This document shows positions 1 to 13,400 of a DNA stretch of 64,000 bases, piece by piece. The notes under the pieces are model-generated. The model made no database searches and was not told the DNA's origin. It worked only from the letters and a program-made list of their open reading frames with translations. This DNA is from Corallochytrium limacisporum Hawaii (Eukaryota; Protista; Pluriformea), in the NCBI GenBank assembly GCA_002811645.1, contig PDIP01000056.1, forward strand, positions 67,532 to 131,531, in the 5' to 3' direction. Each line of letters opens with the position of its first letter. Within the stretch, counting starts at the first letter, position 1. Position numbers and translations under genes: made by a program.

Positions 1-3000
1 TTACCTACAGTTGCGTGTGAAGTTTCCGGTTGCGGTGGGAAGGCCCAACGATGTGCTCACTACCGCATTCGAGCCGTACCGACCACTTTGGGGAGTCCCT
101 ACTCCTACTCCTTTGCAATAAATGGTTATACTTTCCTCATAATCTATGCATTTATGTGGGAGTTGTAGCTGCTATTCCATCTCAATCTGGGAGTCTTTTA
201 TATTATTCCAAAGTCTCCGCTATGCTTGAGACTTTGTACAATAATTGTTTAGTTTTTGTATACACACGTCTCTCAAAATGGTTCCCTTGGGAAAATAAAT
301 TAGTTAAGATTGTAATTGGTTGTGCTCTGGTTGTGGCGCGTGCGTCTCGGTCTTGTTGGGAAGGAGGAGAGGACAGGCAAGTTAAATGGCTTTAGAATTC
401 CGTTCATTTTCAACCCAGGATTTCATCCTAATTTCATCTTTAGTACCCATCTAAGTTAAGTGAAATTGGAGACAACGACAGGGACACGACGGACCACGTC
501 TCTCTTTCTTAAACTCCATTCATTTTATCTCCCATCAATTATTACCGGCCGGCATCAGCACAATTTTTGGACCTGATGCACGGCATTTCGTTCACGATAA
601 AGCAACGTTGGGAAAAATCTACGGCAACAAAGAAGAGATGCCGCATCCTTGATCGTCGGAAAATTGGGCTGAGGCGTGCATTTGTTATGCTTTTGCTCTG
701 ACCATGCTCCTGCCATCTGTGAGTAAACCTAATGAATCCTTGAGGTAACCACCCACCCGCGCAGTGTTATTTGTTCGACGCGGCACGCACCCACAGGCTA
801 CGCAACTCAGACCGATCACTTTTCTCCGAGACTCGAAGGAAAACCAAGGAGAATGAGCCCACAAGGAAAAAAAAATGATCACTAACGGCCGTCCATCGGG
901 TACCCGCCCGAAACCGCTCGCCACTGCCAATTTTCATACCCATAATGCACAATGCACCCGTGCACCGTCTGGATATGAAGGAGGTTTAGGGTACAGAGCG
1001 AAAGAGAAAAATAGCAAAATATTTACAATTCTACTTGTCCCACACGATCTCTCCTACAGCCAAGCCTGGTCTGCCTTGGGGCACTTTGCACCCGGTCCGA
1101 CAACAACAGTTATTTCTATTTTCCCCCCCCCGCCTTCCCCGGCGTGTTCATGCAGAGCATGAGATGATGGCAATTTTCTGTGCTGCTTTATCCTTCACGA
1201 AGAGGCGGTGTCTCCGAATTGATGTGCCGTCCATGTCAACTCCCCGGCCCCTGCGGCAGTTACGTAAAAGTGTGTGCGTGTTCCAGTGATTGATAGGGAT
1301 TCGTCTTGTCTGCATATGTCTTCCAATACCTATGAATTTCTATCAATTACAAATGCAGAGTTTGTGGATCAAAGGAACGGCAAACACATATCAAGAGCTG
1401 GAACGCAGGTAACATGGGCCCAGCATCTCTAATCTCCAGTCTCTCTCGGTGCGTGTGTCGATGTAGTAGGGATGATTGCCATCGGTACAATCACCATCGT
1501 AAACCAGCATCGTTGCCCATCATTATCCATCATCGCCAACGAAGCGCAGCACGCAACCTGCAGTACACCGGCCTGCCGTGCCTCTATCCTTGATGGATGG
1601 GGTGTAACTCTGGTAAGCTTTACACACTAACGCACATGTTACATGCCGTGAGCGCATGCTCTGTGTCGCAAACCGGTTCGGACACCGCATACGTATGAAG
1701 GAATTCTGCCTCGTTTTCCGTAATGCATAAGTTGGTGTTGCCGTGAGTTGGTCACATCAGTCCGGTGCCCTTTTCCAATGAAGAGGTCAACCACGACGGG
1801 CAGAGACAATCTTGTGTACCTTTCTTATGAAGAACACAGAAGATCTTTGGCTCCGTACCAATTTCCTTCCGTACCGCAATTGCTGTCGGTCTTTGCTGGA
1901 ACTGGACGGTGGAATCGCAGAGTTAGAACCCAAAGATTGTATGTTTGTCTTAATCTGCTCCTTGTGTAACAGTTACTGAGTATTGAATTGCACAGAAATC
2001 CCTCTTGCGGAGGGCTGTCACTTCTCCCCCTAACACCACTGCGACCGTTCCTGAGACAGGGATGGTCACACGTCTTTTGGTATAGAAATGATAAGTACAA
2101 ATTCTTTCTCGGTATTGAATAAGGGGACGAAAAACACATGTCTCAGATTTACGGTTCGCCGATCGATCAAAGCCAAGCACGGATGCTCTTTGGTGGTGTC
2201 CACCGGGTGAGGCAGAGTCGGTCAGAAGAGCGCGAGCATTCATAATGGTATCCGACGTCTGAATGGAGAATACGAAAACCCAAATGCAGAATACAAAGTT
2301 TCAGAGCCTCTCTGTGCGTGGGGCCCGATGTGCACACGAACCACACTCTAATGTTACATTCCCCATAATTTTATTCCCGCCATAGGTGAATTTTCTCTCT
2401 CTTGGTTTCTTTTTTGTACCCGTCCATCCCAAAAAAAGAAGAGGCCCAAACTTATGCGTCACAAACGGTGAGGCAACGAAGCTACAGACAGTATGCAGAC
2501 CGAACGGAAGGGAGCAAGCCGACTACAGGAGCATTTCTAATCAGGACACTAAAACCCACACTGGCGCTTTTTCTCTGTGATTCCATGGATTGCCATGGAT
2601 GCAATGGATGTGATGGGAAAAGCTCAGACCTTGAGCGGAGGCATGCGAACTGTGGACCGGGAGGTGGTCGCATGCAAGAAAGATGCTGAATATTCAGTAC
2701 GAGAGACGTGGACACGATATTTCGGATGTACCTCCGGTGTTCCGCTTCACGGAAACTACAAGACGAGGGGATGTCAATAAATGGCAAAACACTTTCGCGC
2801 CAGCTGTATCACTAGCGGGCATCATACCTGGTATGGTTGAGAGTCTATCTGCTGCTGGTGACAGTACCCACAGAGGCATCACACACAGATGCATACATTT
2901 GCTCCTCTCATTTTATTCATGTTCCCGGGAAGTAACCCCCGACTCCAGTCGGCCGTAGTCAACAACATTGACGATATGGAAGAGAAACGAAGGAAGAAAG

Positions 3001-4899
3001 GAAGCATTCGGGATCACCGAAAGAAGGATAAAAACAATTACCGGCCGCATCCCAAGATCCGTCCAACCGCCGGCATTAATTCCCTGGGAGGTCCTCGTTC
3101 TCATTCGTCGCGTCCAAGAGGAGACCTGCATATCAACTGCCCTCGAACTTCCCGGTCTCGTTGCAGGGTGGAAACACCACTTTGTCGCGCTCGTAAAGCG
3201 TTAGCAGGACCTTGAGGCGAACTCAACAGAGAGATATCTTGACTGCACCTGCCAAAAGAATCCTCTTTTGCAACCCCATCACATTCATGTTAAGTAGTTT
3301 GCGATTACACCAGAAATTGAGGCGCGTTGTAGTCCATATGTACAACAATCAAGAGATGTGTGTTAGAGATTAACGCCACAGCGCCCGACCACTACGACAA
3401 CCCGGCACATTGTTGAGTTGTGCTTGTGTTCGGGTTTGCTGCTGCTACCACCCGGGGATATGAATTTCCTGTAGGTCAATGTATGAAAAAACTGGAGCTG
3501 GTGGATGTGAATGCGGCACACACTCTTAATGGTTACCTATTTCATGCATCAAATTGCTCTCACATTCGGTCTGTCTCTGAGGGTGGGGTGTGCTGTATCA
3601 CTGTATGAGCCACCGTGGCAAAAGAATACTGAAGGGATCCGTGAGTACGTGAATAAAGCCACGGACGGAGTTTGTGGGACAAAAGTATATGTTTGCTTCA
3701 GTGTTAGCGCCGCAGTGAAAGATGTCAGTATTACTATAGTTGGAGACTAGACGACAGCAGCTTAAGCAAGGGACCATCCATCATTGATGTACAGGAGACG
3801 AGACACAGATGAGAGATTAGGGCAAATGATAACAGAACAGACACATACTACACGGAGTCCGATAAAGAATCTCATCGCCTACCATCCGAAAGAAAATGTG
3901 CTGTGGGTTTAGATGAGGAAGTTATGGTGACAATGGACTCAGGTGGGCGAAAGTATGATATAGTACTGGAGCATGTCCATAAGGTTGCAGTCCGGAGGGT
4001 GATACGCACAACCGAAAGGCAATGATCATGGCCACACACTGGGAAATGAGGTGATCCCTTGCTTTGCTTACCACACCACTTTGTAGCATTTTCTCAAATT
4101 CTTGTCCACGGCCCTCCCATCGTTGTTCTTGCACACTTCCCCCTATCGCCGGGCTTCTCTCCTTGGGTGGAACGATTCGCACATTCCTAACGCTGACCAT
4201 TCCCACTCATGCATTCATACCCTAGTGCGAAGCCAGGACAACCCAATCGACCAAACGGTAGCGGGAAGAAAGCAACAAGACGTCTGTTTCAAATCTCAAC
4301 ACCTAATAGAGACAGCTCAAGTTGAAGGGTGGCACCCAACACGATTGTCCTTGACCATGAGTATCCTAGTTTGTTTATGCAAGAAAGAACTAGTTTGTCA
4401 ACCCCAACGGGCGGCACACCCACTACCATGAACACGGGTGCCGCAATACCAACTCTAATACAACAAACCGACATCACAACACCATGAGAGAACTCGTCTA
4501 CTACTGTTGTGTGTGTGTCTGTGCTCAACTGGGCGATCATGATGTGCTGCTGCTGCCTCTTTAAGGCGACAGTTGATGTCTTTATGGATGTGCCCTGTTC
4601 ATGAGATTAACAGTCCCGTTTGGTTGCCTTTTGGTAGTTGGTGGTGGTGGCCAATAATTGGTTGACTGTGGAGGTGTGTGGTGGAGAAGTTGTTCTATCG
4701 ATATACTTGCGGTGCACATGTACTCGGGAAACTGCGTAGGACAGGCTGTGAGTATACCTATGTTGCGCAGACAACGAAAGTATAGGCTCACGCAGGCTGC
4801 AATGCGCAGCTCACCACACCAGACCACAACAGAGAGGCTTCTAAAGAATATGCGATACTATTCACACAGGAGCCAGCAATGAGGCGAGACGAGATTTCT

Positions 4900-6650
4900 A
4901 CTCCGTACTGCGATCCAGTACCGTAGTTTTTCTCAATGGACACTGTAGGGACGACAATGGACATGTGATAGGCATGCAGAGCTGGCGGCTACCAACCACA
5001 CAACAGTGACAATATCTTACTGTCTGTTTTAGAGTGCTGAGCAACCGAGATGGCAGGCCAATAAGCAAAGAAAGTGAATTCAATTCCCATTCGCATCGTT
5101 GGGGCAGAACCTTTTGAAGAAGGGTACGAGCAAGGACCCGACGACGCGTACCGGAAAAAAGTAACACAAGCAGCAACTTCCTTTGTGCAAATTGACCTGT
5201 TGGTGTGAAATTTCCATATTTTTTTTAAATAAGCATTTGGATAGGAGCTTGTTGCAGTGCGTTTCAGAGCTGCTTGACTTTGCGTCGTAGTGAACAATTG
5301 CCGGGAGCCAAGGCAATTAACAGCCACCAACCAATACACAGTGTATTTGTGCAACCCAGAAAAATCTAGATGGCCTTGTAGCACCATATTAACTGGATCG
5401 CCTGGCACGCCTCGGGGCATCAACGCCCTCTCGCACACCCATGCACACAAAAGGAAGCCAGGATAGCGCTGCACTGTCTGCGCGGCGTACTGTGCGTTTC
5501 TCGATAGCTCCCTGTTTCGAAAGAGCCAGAGAAGAAACCGGATCGAAACAAACTTGGGCCCGAATTGCAGCCTCCGAAAAATACAATGTTAGACGCGACC
5601 CACGACGCCAGTCGGTTTCAGTTTTCCGCCGAATTGCGTAAAATCTCCAAGATCATATGTGCAGTTTTTTTAAGAATTCTGCAGCAGAGTCTACACATAT
5701 ACTTTGTATATCACCAGACTGGTAAGTTTTTGCGCAGTACATCCATGCCATCCCTCAAATAGGCTCTTCACGGATCGCAGCTTTGCTGCTATACTGAATA
5801 TGTGCGTCTCCAAGGCACCACACCCCCCACTAGTTCTATGTTGGGTCAGTGCGTGCAAGTGAAGTCGTTTCACAGCCTCCTCCAGAATTAAACAATGGTA
5901 TGCGTTCCAGTTCTGAAGTTGAATCCAAAACATGCGCTATGCTGATTCAGGAGCCGTAGCGTCAGCATCTCACGACACTGCAGGTCTGCGCATTGTAGGT
6001 GGCGGTCTCAGTGTCCAGGGACTGTGTAGCTCTCTGATCCCTACAGCAGCACCAACGCGCCCCCAAAAACACAAACGAGGAACTCACAGGAAGTAAATGA
6101 GCAGTGCTGCTTGAGGGGCTAACGTTGGTAACGAATCAGGACTTATGTATCTTCTTCAGCCGGACGCAATGCTGAAAGCAGGTCTGCCACGCGTTGATCC
6201 TGTAGTGCGACACTCGCCAGTTTTGACGTATTCAAGCACACATAGTCAGCCGCTGCACTGCATGAATTCGTGGCATTGTTGCGTTCTAAATTGGCCCACA
6301 GTACGCCATCTTTACGCAACTTTTCCGTCACCGACGGTGGCCACAATCCCGGGGACGAGAGAACGAAGGGAGACCGGCATACCGCAGTAGAAACGGACGA
6401 ACAAAACTTTCACACAGCGGGGCTTCCTTAATCTCGTCCTTGTATCTTTGGAAGAACATACATGTGCAGCAACCGCATGCATACACAAAGTGAGGTCCGA
6501 CATCATAAGTCATGCACATCAGATATCGCGGTACAGTCCGAGACCAGATGCTGTTTGGATGGGCTGTGTGATCACGTCTGCACCGGAGCCGCTGATCTTT
6601 GCCGGCTTGACTGTGCTCAGTCAGCTTTGCATTTAACTCAATCTGTCCAT
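4900..6650 (-). pseudogene. Possible decayed F-box/LRR-like gene remnant
   Basis: Minus-strand fragments in shifting frames: SIWSRTVPRYL...CGCCTCMFF (F-box-like), then CFQHCVRLKKIH, LEEAVKRLHLHAL, AKLRSVKSLF and QKLTSLVIYKV (LRR-like). Resemblance is weak. Confidence 0.25.
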
Positions 6651-8273
6651 GTCCAAGTCACACGTCAGACTTCATCAGCATGGACGATGGGACTTTCTGT
6701 TCAGGCATCATTATGGAGACTTCCAGACTAACTGTGCAGCGGCATGATCAACCACGAACATCTTTCGTTGCACGGCTCTCCCTCCAAGTGTGGCATCCAT
6801 GTTAGGCAAGCGCATACGTAGCAAGATATCGAACGATACGATGCGGCGACGAGTGAAAGGGTGATCGTGAACGAAGACTACGTCTTTACAGACCGTGATC
6901 GTCACCTGTATGAAGGATTTATTGTGAAGTGGTGAAGAGAAGATCGAAACAAGTATTTGACCACAAATTGCTAGTGCCTGCCCCGGACTTTAAACACTAC
7001 TTATAAAGGACAACACACCGAAGTTTCATAGTTTCTTTCAAAATTGTTATGACAAAGTGATAAATATTCATCAGACCGCGTCTCCGGCAGTATAGTATCT
7101 CCCGACCGCACCGTAAATACTCTCACGGTTCTTGAAAAAGTAATGGCATTTCTCGCCTATCGTCATGTGCGGTATTTCAAGCCGGAAGGTTGCAAGAGAG
7201 ATACACAACAGGGGCGGCATAAATCAAAAGCACGACATCGCCGGTAACCGCTAAACAGTCTAATCGACACCAACTTTTGCAATAAAATATTGAGGGATCT
7301 GTCAAAAAACACACACCACCGCAGGGTCCCATTTGTATTCCAAATGAACGACTCACCAAATGTGAGTCCGTGAATACTCTCGCTTATTGGCAGACCGGCT
7401 GGGTTAGTCAATCCATTTCCCTTCAGTCGTCCGCTGCCTCTTTCCTTGCGCTAGAGTGTCAGTGGGACCCTGTCCCACTGTCCACAGTCGATCGGCCCAA
7501 ATTCCTATTTAATTCTACTTAGTTCCATCCAGGGAAACGGACGGAGCATCTTGAACTCGGATCCTTCTGTGTAGGTTGAAGACGGGGCTACTGGGACCTT
7601 ACACGCGCACGAGAGACAGGGTCTAGACTTTTTTACGTTTTAAGCAAAGGACGCTTTGCACTGAGTCCATGAAGATCGCGGTCTGTGATAATGTTGTCAA
7701 CTAAGAAAATCTGTACCGCCCGTACTCTAGCTCGCCAGCGATCTTTCTTGGTCACACTGCTGCTGGTGTGGTGGTCCGCTGCTGGGGATCTTGACACGCT
7801 TGGTCACGATGAGAAATATTGCAGCGCAGGTAGGCCAAACAAGCCAGACATATAGCGACAACAATCCGTGTGGCCACAACTTCGCGACCAACAACGTCTA
7901 CAGTTGGCGCCTCGGTTGTCCAAGCCTGTTCCAGACTCCTGCCGGCGTACCACCCGGCTGTTGGCAGACGACAAGACGGCCGGTGCTTCGTGCTTGATGC
8001 AAAAAAGAAACAAAGACGAGATTGTACAATGGCATACTTTAACTGCATCATCGTCGGCTTACAGCCGACGGTTCCGGTTTCCTATCCAACATCGGCCCGC
8101 TTCCCCGGGGTGACGGTTGTCGTCGTGGATCGAATGACCGACCCATCGAATCTTACCCCGCCTTCACAAGTTTCACGCAAGGAACTAGGGAAAGACACTG
8201 GGGAAGTATAGCGGACCCCTTCGCCCCCACGTCGGCTGAGTGTGAACACTCTCTGCCATTCCTCCCTCCCCCC

Positions 8274-8467
8274 NNNNNNNNNNNNNNNNNNNNNNNNNNN
8301 NNNNNNNNNNNNNNNNNNNNNNNNNNNNNNNNNNNNNNNNNNNNNNNNNNNNNNNNNNNNNNNNNNNNNNNNNNNNNNNNNNNNNNNNNNNNNNNNNNNN
8401 NNNNNNNNNNNNNNNNNNNNNNNNNNNNNNNNNNNNNNNNNNNNNNNNNNNNNNNNNNNNNNNNNNN
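8274..8467. other. Assembly gap (N run)
   Basis: Run of N following a C-rich tract. Confidence 0.99.
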
Positions 8468-10469
8468 CGATCCAAGATGGATCAATTCGAAAGAGAAAAA
8501 ACCGGAACACGCCTTGTGCCCGCGCGGTATCGTCGGAGATAAACCAACGGTACGTTTGATACAGTAATCGATCAGGGTGGGGATGAAGAGTTGCACTACA
8601 ACCAGCACCGGGGGACACCACCACCAAAAATTACAGACCGGTTTTGACACCGTCTACGTCATCAAACAACAGCAGCTGGTTGAAGGAAACTAAATTCTTT
8701 CCAGGCGCCTAGCAAATTCCACAACGCCGGCAGCGCACCAAAACACTCCTTCCCGTGAATTCTTGTTTTCTAACTTTCTTAGTGACTAGTACGGTGTAAG
8801 TTTAGACGCAGTGGGTTAGCAGCAAGACCAAAGAAAAAAAAGGGTCTGTGTACAGTTTGTTTAAGACCTTACACAGTGGGAGGGAGAGGGAGGGGGGAGG
8901 GATCTCCAACTCATTGCCAATGACTGAGTGTAAATTTAGACCGAAACGGATCATTATTGCCATTGGTGACACAGAAAAACGAGGAAACAATCGCGCTGTG
9001 CAAGAAGGAAGAGAGGAAGTCGTGTTTCGTAGGGCCTCTCTTTGTTGCTTGTCGCTCCCGTATCCCCGCTTGGGGACAACCCCTCTCGTGCCTGTGGTGT
9101 CGAACACGGTTTGCATGTAAACAAGGTAGATGGGTCAGAAACACTTTCTCTTTTTCTTTTTGCACGGAGATGGAACGGGAAAATAATTGCCGGCTATGCC
9201 TCTGGAAACATTTCTAAACGAATGTTCCTTGTGGTTCTCTGCTCTTATGGCGAATTCGGCAGTAGAACAAACCCGGTCCTTCCCCCCTCCCCCCCAACCC
9301 CCAGCTCAGCGCAAACAGAAAGAATTCGTTGTGTTCAACCACCCCCACCAGTAAGGCGACAAAATCGGAGTGTGGGTGGCTGAGGGACATGCACACACTT
9401 GAAAGAAACACTTTGAGGAAGCCAGAACTACGAAACAGGCATTTCTGGAACGACGAGATGACCGCTGCAGAACCGATTCATTCTCAAGAGACCAGAGACA
9501 AACTGTGTCAACAGTCAGGGCAACAGAGTTGGTTCTGTTTCAGGGCGGGCAATGTTCGCACTGAAAGTTTCACCAAACGTCAGCCGCTGTTATTTTGAGC
9601 ACGGGAAAAGGGAGAGGGTTAAATTCGGAACTGAATAAGCAACAAGAGAATTTTTCACCCTGACTCATGAAGCGCGCCCTCAACAAATCGCCGGCGTCTC
9701 TACCGTGCCCAACCTACAAAACTATCGATCCTATGAGGCAAGTCACTACTCTGACGGCTTGTCAGTGTGGCTTGAAATCAATTTAAACGCCGACTGGGAC
9801 CGGCCGGCATTTTTATGTCCCCGGCACCAAGTGGGTGGGGGAGGGGGGAAGGGGGAGGGGGGCGAGGGTTGGGCAGGGACGCTCTCACAGTCTCCCGATC
9901 CTTCGACTCAGAAATCCACAGATCTTCCACACCTGAATCCCCTTCCCGTACCGGAAAGCCGGCCCGGTCAAGCAAAGGCCACGAACAACCGTGGCAGGGA
10001 TGCAACGAGCATAAAGTGGACGACACGATTGAGGCCCCGCTTAATTCTCTCTCAGATTGGGAGAGAGAGCCCAAAAGAACCTGCCCCACTCACCACCCCC
10101 TTTCTTCCGGGGCAAGAAAAGGGGGCCGATTTCTTAATTTGGTATTATTGATCATAATTGCGAAGAATCGGATCATTTGAAATTTTATGATTCAATAGAT
10201 CTACATTGATTGCTCTCTCCATGGTCTTGTGGAGGCTCAGAAGAGGGTGGGTGCGAGTGCGGGGGGCAGACCGCCATGCCTTATTGGGGACCCAGGTACC
10301 AAAGGGATCATTCGTTACTTATTTCTAACGATACAGATTGCCGGTCCCTATCCATTCCATAGTTCGTAGAAAATACCATAAACAAGATGAGGTGAGCGCC
10401 TTAAATCCGGACCAACTACGCACTTCGTGTAGGATGCAGATTTTGTGCGGGTTGATCACATGACGGGAG

Positions 10470-13400
10470 ATGGCAAAGCAGACTTGCGTACGGAAACACG
10501 CCCACTTCAGGGCTGTGATACCGGGATGGGAGTTGCCGAATGCACTACAGGTGGACATCAGCACAGATAAGGAGGCTGCAAGGATGCTTACCCACTATCT
10601 TTCTAGTACAAACACTGAAGACGACATGGCGCACTTGTTCCTGGCATGCCAGTCCCTCCAGTTAAAACGACAGGTGCTCAGAGCTTTGCAGAAAAAGGGT
10701 GACGCTGGTACCATTGAAAATTTCTTGGACACAATTATATTGTATCTGCAAACAGAAACATCTTCCATGGATCAGTTCCATGTCACACAGCGAGCCATCA
10801 CAGACGAAGGATCACAATGGTTCCCAGCGTATGAGAACGTGGCACTGACGCTCCAGGCATTGGTCACCGACAAAGCTCTCGAGCCGGAAATGATCGGACC
10901 GTCTCAGACCTCCCATCAACGAGCCGTATCCATCATCCAGACTGTCGATCTCTACCTCATGCACGTGTACCGTACGATACGATCACTAGAAAAACCGGGA
11001 AGACCGCTATTCCGTCTGCGTGAGTGTGCAATGAGTGCACAGAGGGCCGGGGTGCGCATAATCCAGCGCATTCTCGAGGAAGGGAGATTACCTGAAGTTT
11101 GTGAAAGAGTGAATTTGTCTTCATCAATCAGATCAGCTCATAGCGATCAGGAGGTGTATGACTTATCATGGGCAAGGGGGGCTCAATTGTTTCCGGGACG
11201 CGACCTGATGCTCGCGATGAGTGAGTGGATGCATTTGGTATCGTTCGTGCAGTGTGTGTGCCGTGTAACCCCTCTCTCGCCGTCACATATTGCTTTTGCG
11301 ATTTGTCAGCTCAAGAGCTGTTTCGTTCCGTATGATATTGGGAAACAATTCTCCGACATTGCTAAGGACCTCCGACCCAGGCTCGCCTTGGGTGCAGGGA
11401 GGGCATTCTTGACCGTAGTTACCGTCCAGTCAGACACAGTGTCAGAGCAGGACCAACTGGAGAGCATGAACATTCTCGCGGGCATTACGGAAGTATTGAT
11501 TGGTGAATTGGCAGATGGAATATTCGAGGAAGAATCTTTTGGCTATGCGTACCTCCTTGCCGTGTCCATTCGGGACTGGATTGAAACGGTAGTAGATTCC
11601 GCCTCACGATTACCGCAAACCAGTATCAAGCACCCGCTGGCCGAAACAGATTTGAGGACGTCGGGGGAGGTGAAGGGTCTCCTGTTTCGCAGGCTGACAA
11701 TGTGCATGGCGCGCTATGAGGCTGCTGGCAATGGAGCGGTCCTCGATAGGTTGATGGAAGGCTTCAATTTGCTATTGTCGTCGACAACAGCTCATTGGTC
11801 ATCTTCGAAATTTTGGGATGATCTTTTGAGGGACCTAATTCTTGGCCGAAGCTGGCTGGCACGGCGAAAGTACATCCTGATCAACAGCCTGCTGAAGCGA
11901 ATGATGATCGACCGCTCTACCAAGGTAGATTGGCCCACATGCATGGCCTTCCTTGATAACGATATTGGTCGTTCCTTGATGGCGCATTTGAGGGCTACTA
12001 GGAATCTCACAGATACGTCACACTTTGCGGTGGAAACCGTTCGCACCCTCACCGAAGGGATCATGGCAGGGGATGATCCGGAAGAGAACGAAGAGCTGTG
12101 GATGTCGCATATCGGAAATGAGCTCCTGCAGTTTATGATGTTTTCCATAGCTGTCGACAGCAATGCAAATACACCCGATCTGGAGCGCACCTGGAAGTGC
12201 TGGATTGTCCCTGCCATAGCGGTGGCGCCTCAAGTTTTGACAGTTCTGCTCCTCCGCTTGTCTCAGCTTACAGACACACAATGCGATGGCCTTTTGCGGA
12301 CCAAATACTTCCTGCTTTCTGAGGCACTCGCCATCAGAGGAATGTCGACCCTGAATGAGGCCTGGGCCAGGCTGCCTGCCAATGCTCGGTGCGAGACATA
12401 TGCGGTGCACTATGAGCAATTGAATCTAGGCGCAAGTGTCACTATGCCTTTCCTAGTAGAGGCTTTAGGACATTGGATTGGTCGACGATCAGCCAAGCCC
12501 CAACTAGCCTTTACTTCCGACGAACACTTCTCGAACTTTGACGAATTGGAGGTCATGCGCCGTCTACTTACGCACAATATGCGCTGTCAACATGCGAGTA
12601 CGCGTCAAGTTATTCTACATGCTCTAAAGCGCACCTGGCGACGGTGTGTGAACATGAGTGCACCATTGACTCCAGGGAAGCTTGACCAAGCACATGAATT
12701 TCTGGCCTTCTCCTGCGACGTTATTGAAACTGGACGCTTGGCGGGAGCCTCAATTTATCGCCTGCGTTTTTGTGTCCACCTGGCTGATGCATTGTCAGAG
12801 ATCCTTGTGGAGCATCCAGAGATGAGCGTACTTAGGCCATGTATGAAGACTCTGCTAAGGTTTGGCATTACCTTGATCAATCATGAGCAGCGTGGAGAAG
12901 TGTTGGTGCCGGCAGTGAATGTTGTAATGCGCTTGCTTCCATCCTTAGGGGGGCCTCAAGACTTGGTTGGTGTGGAACCAATCCGTCGCCCAGACGTGGA
13001 ACAGGTTTTTGCGATCAAAGCTGCAGTGACCGATGTGGTTGCTGTGAGGCTCATTGCCCACTGGCGTGCGACCAGCTTGTGCACAGAAGTGGAAGATCCT
13101 GCAGTTGATGATTGGGCATTCCTTTGGCCTATACTCGAACGCAACTGCAGGGCATGGACCATATCCCATTCCAAACCGGACAGTGGCACAACTCTGCTCC
13201 GGGCTTGTCAGGACGGATGGTGTGTGCATGGTTTACTTTTCGCGATCGAGCAGTACTTGGTCCAGAGTGGTCGACTCCTTGGCAGTACTGTATCGTTTCG
13301 GTGGGTCAATTTCCTTGTCAATATTGCGTACGATTTCGTGCACATCCTGACTGGTTCAGACGTGAGGTTACAGACAACAAATTCGTCCTTCCGACAAATG

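Larger units (their letters stand above)
1..10200. other. Gene-poor region with short, stop- and frameshift-broken coding-like fragments
   Basis: No credible ORF with a recognisable domain in ~10 kb, against dense gene packing in the rest of the window. Confidence 0.6.

Noticed and set aside
7091-7204. Multi-stem fold (GTATCTC...GAGATAC) as a riboswitch-like element
   Set aside because: Short stems and no recognisable aptamer motif; compatible with chance.
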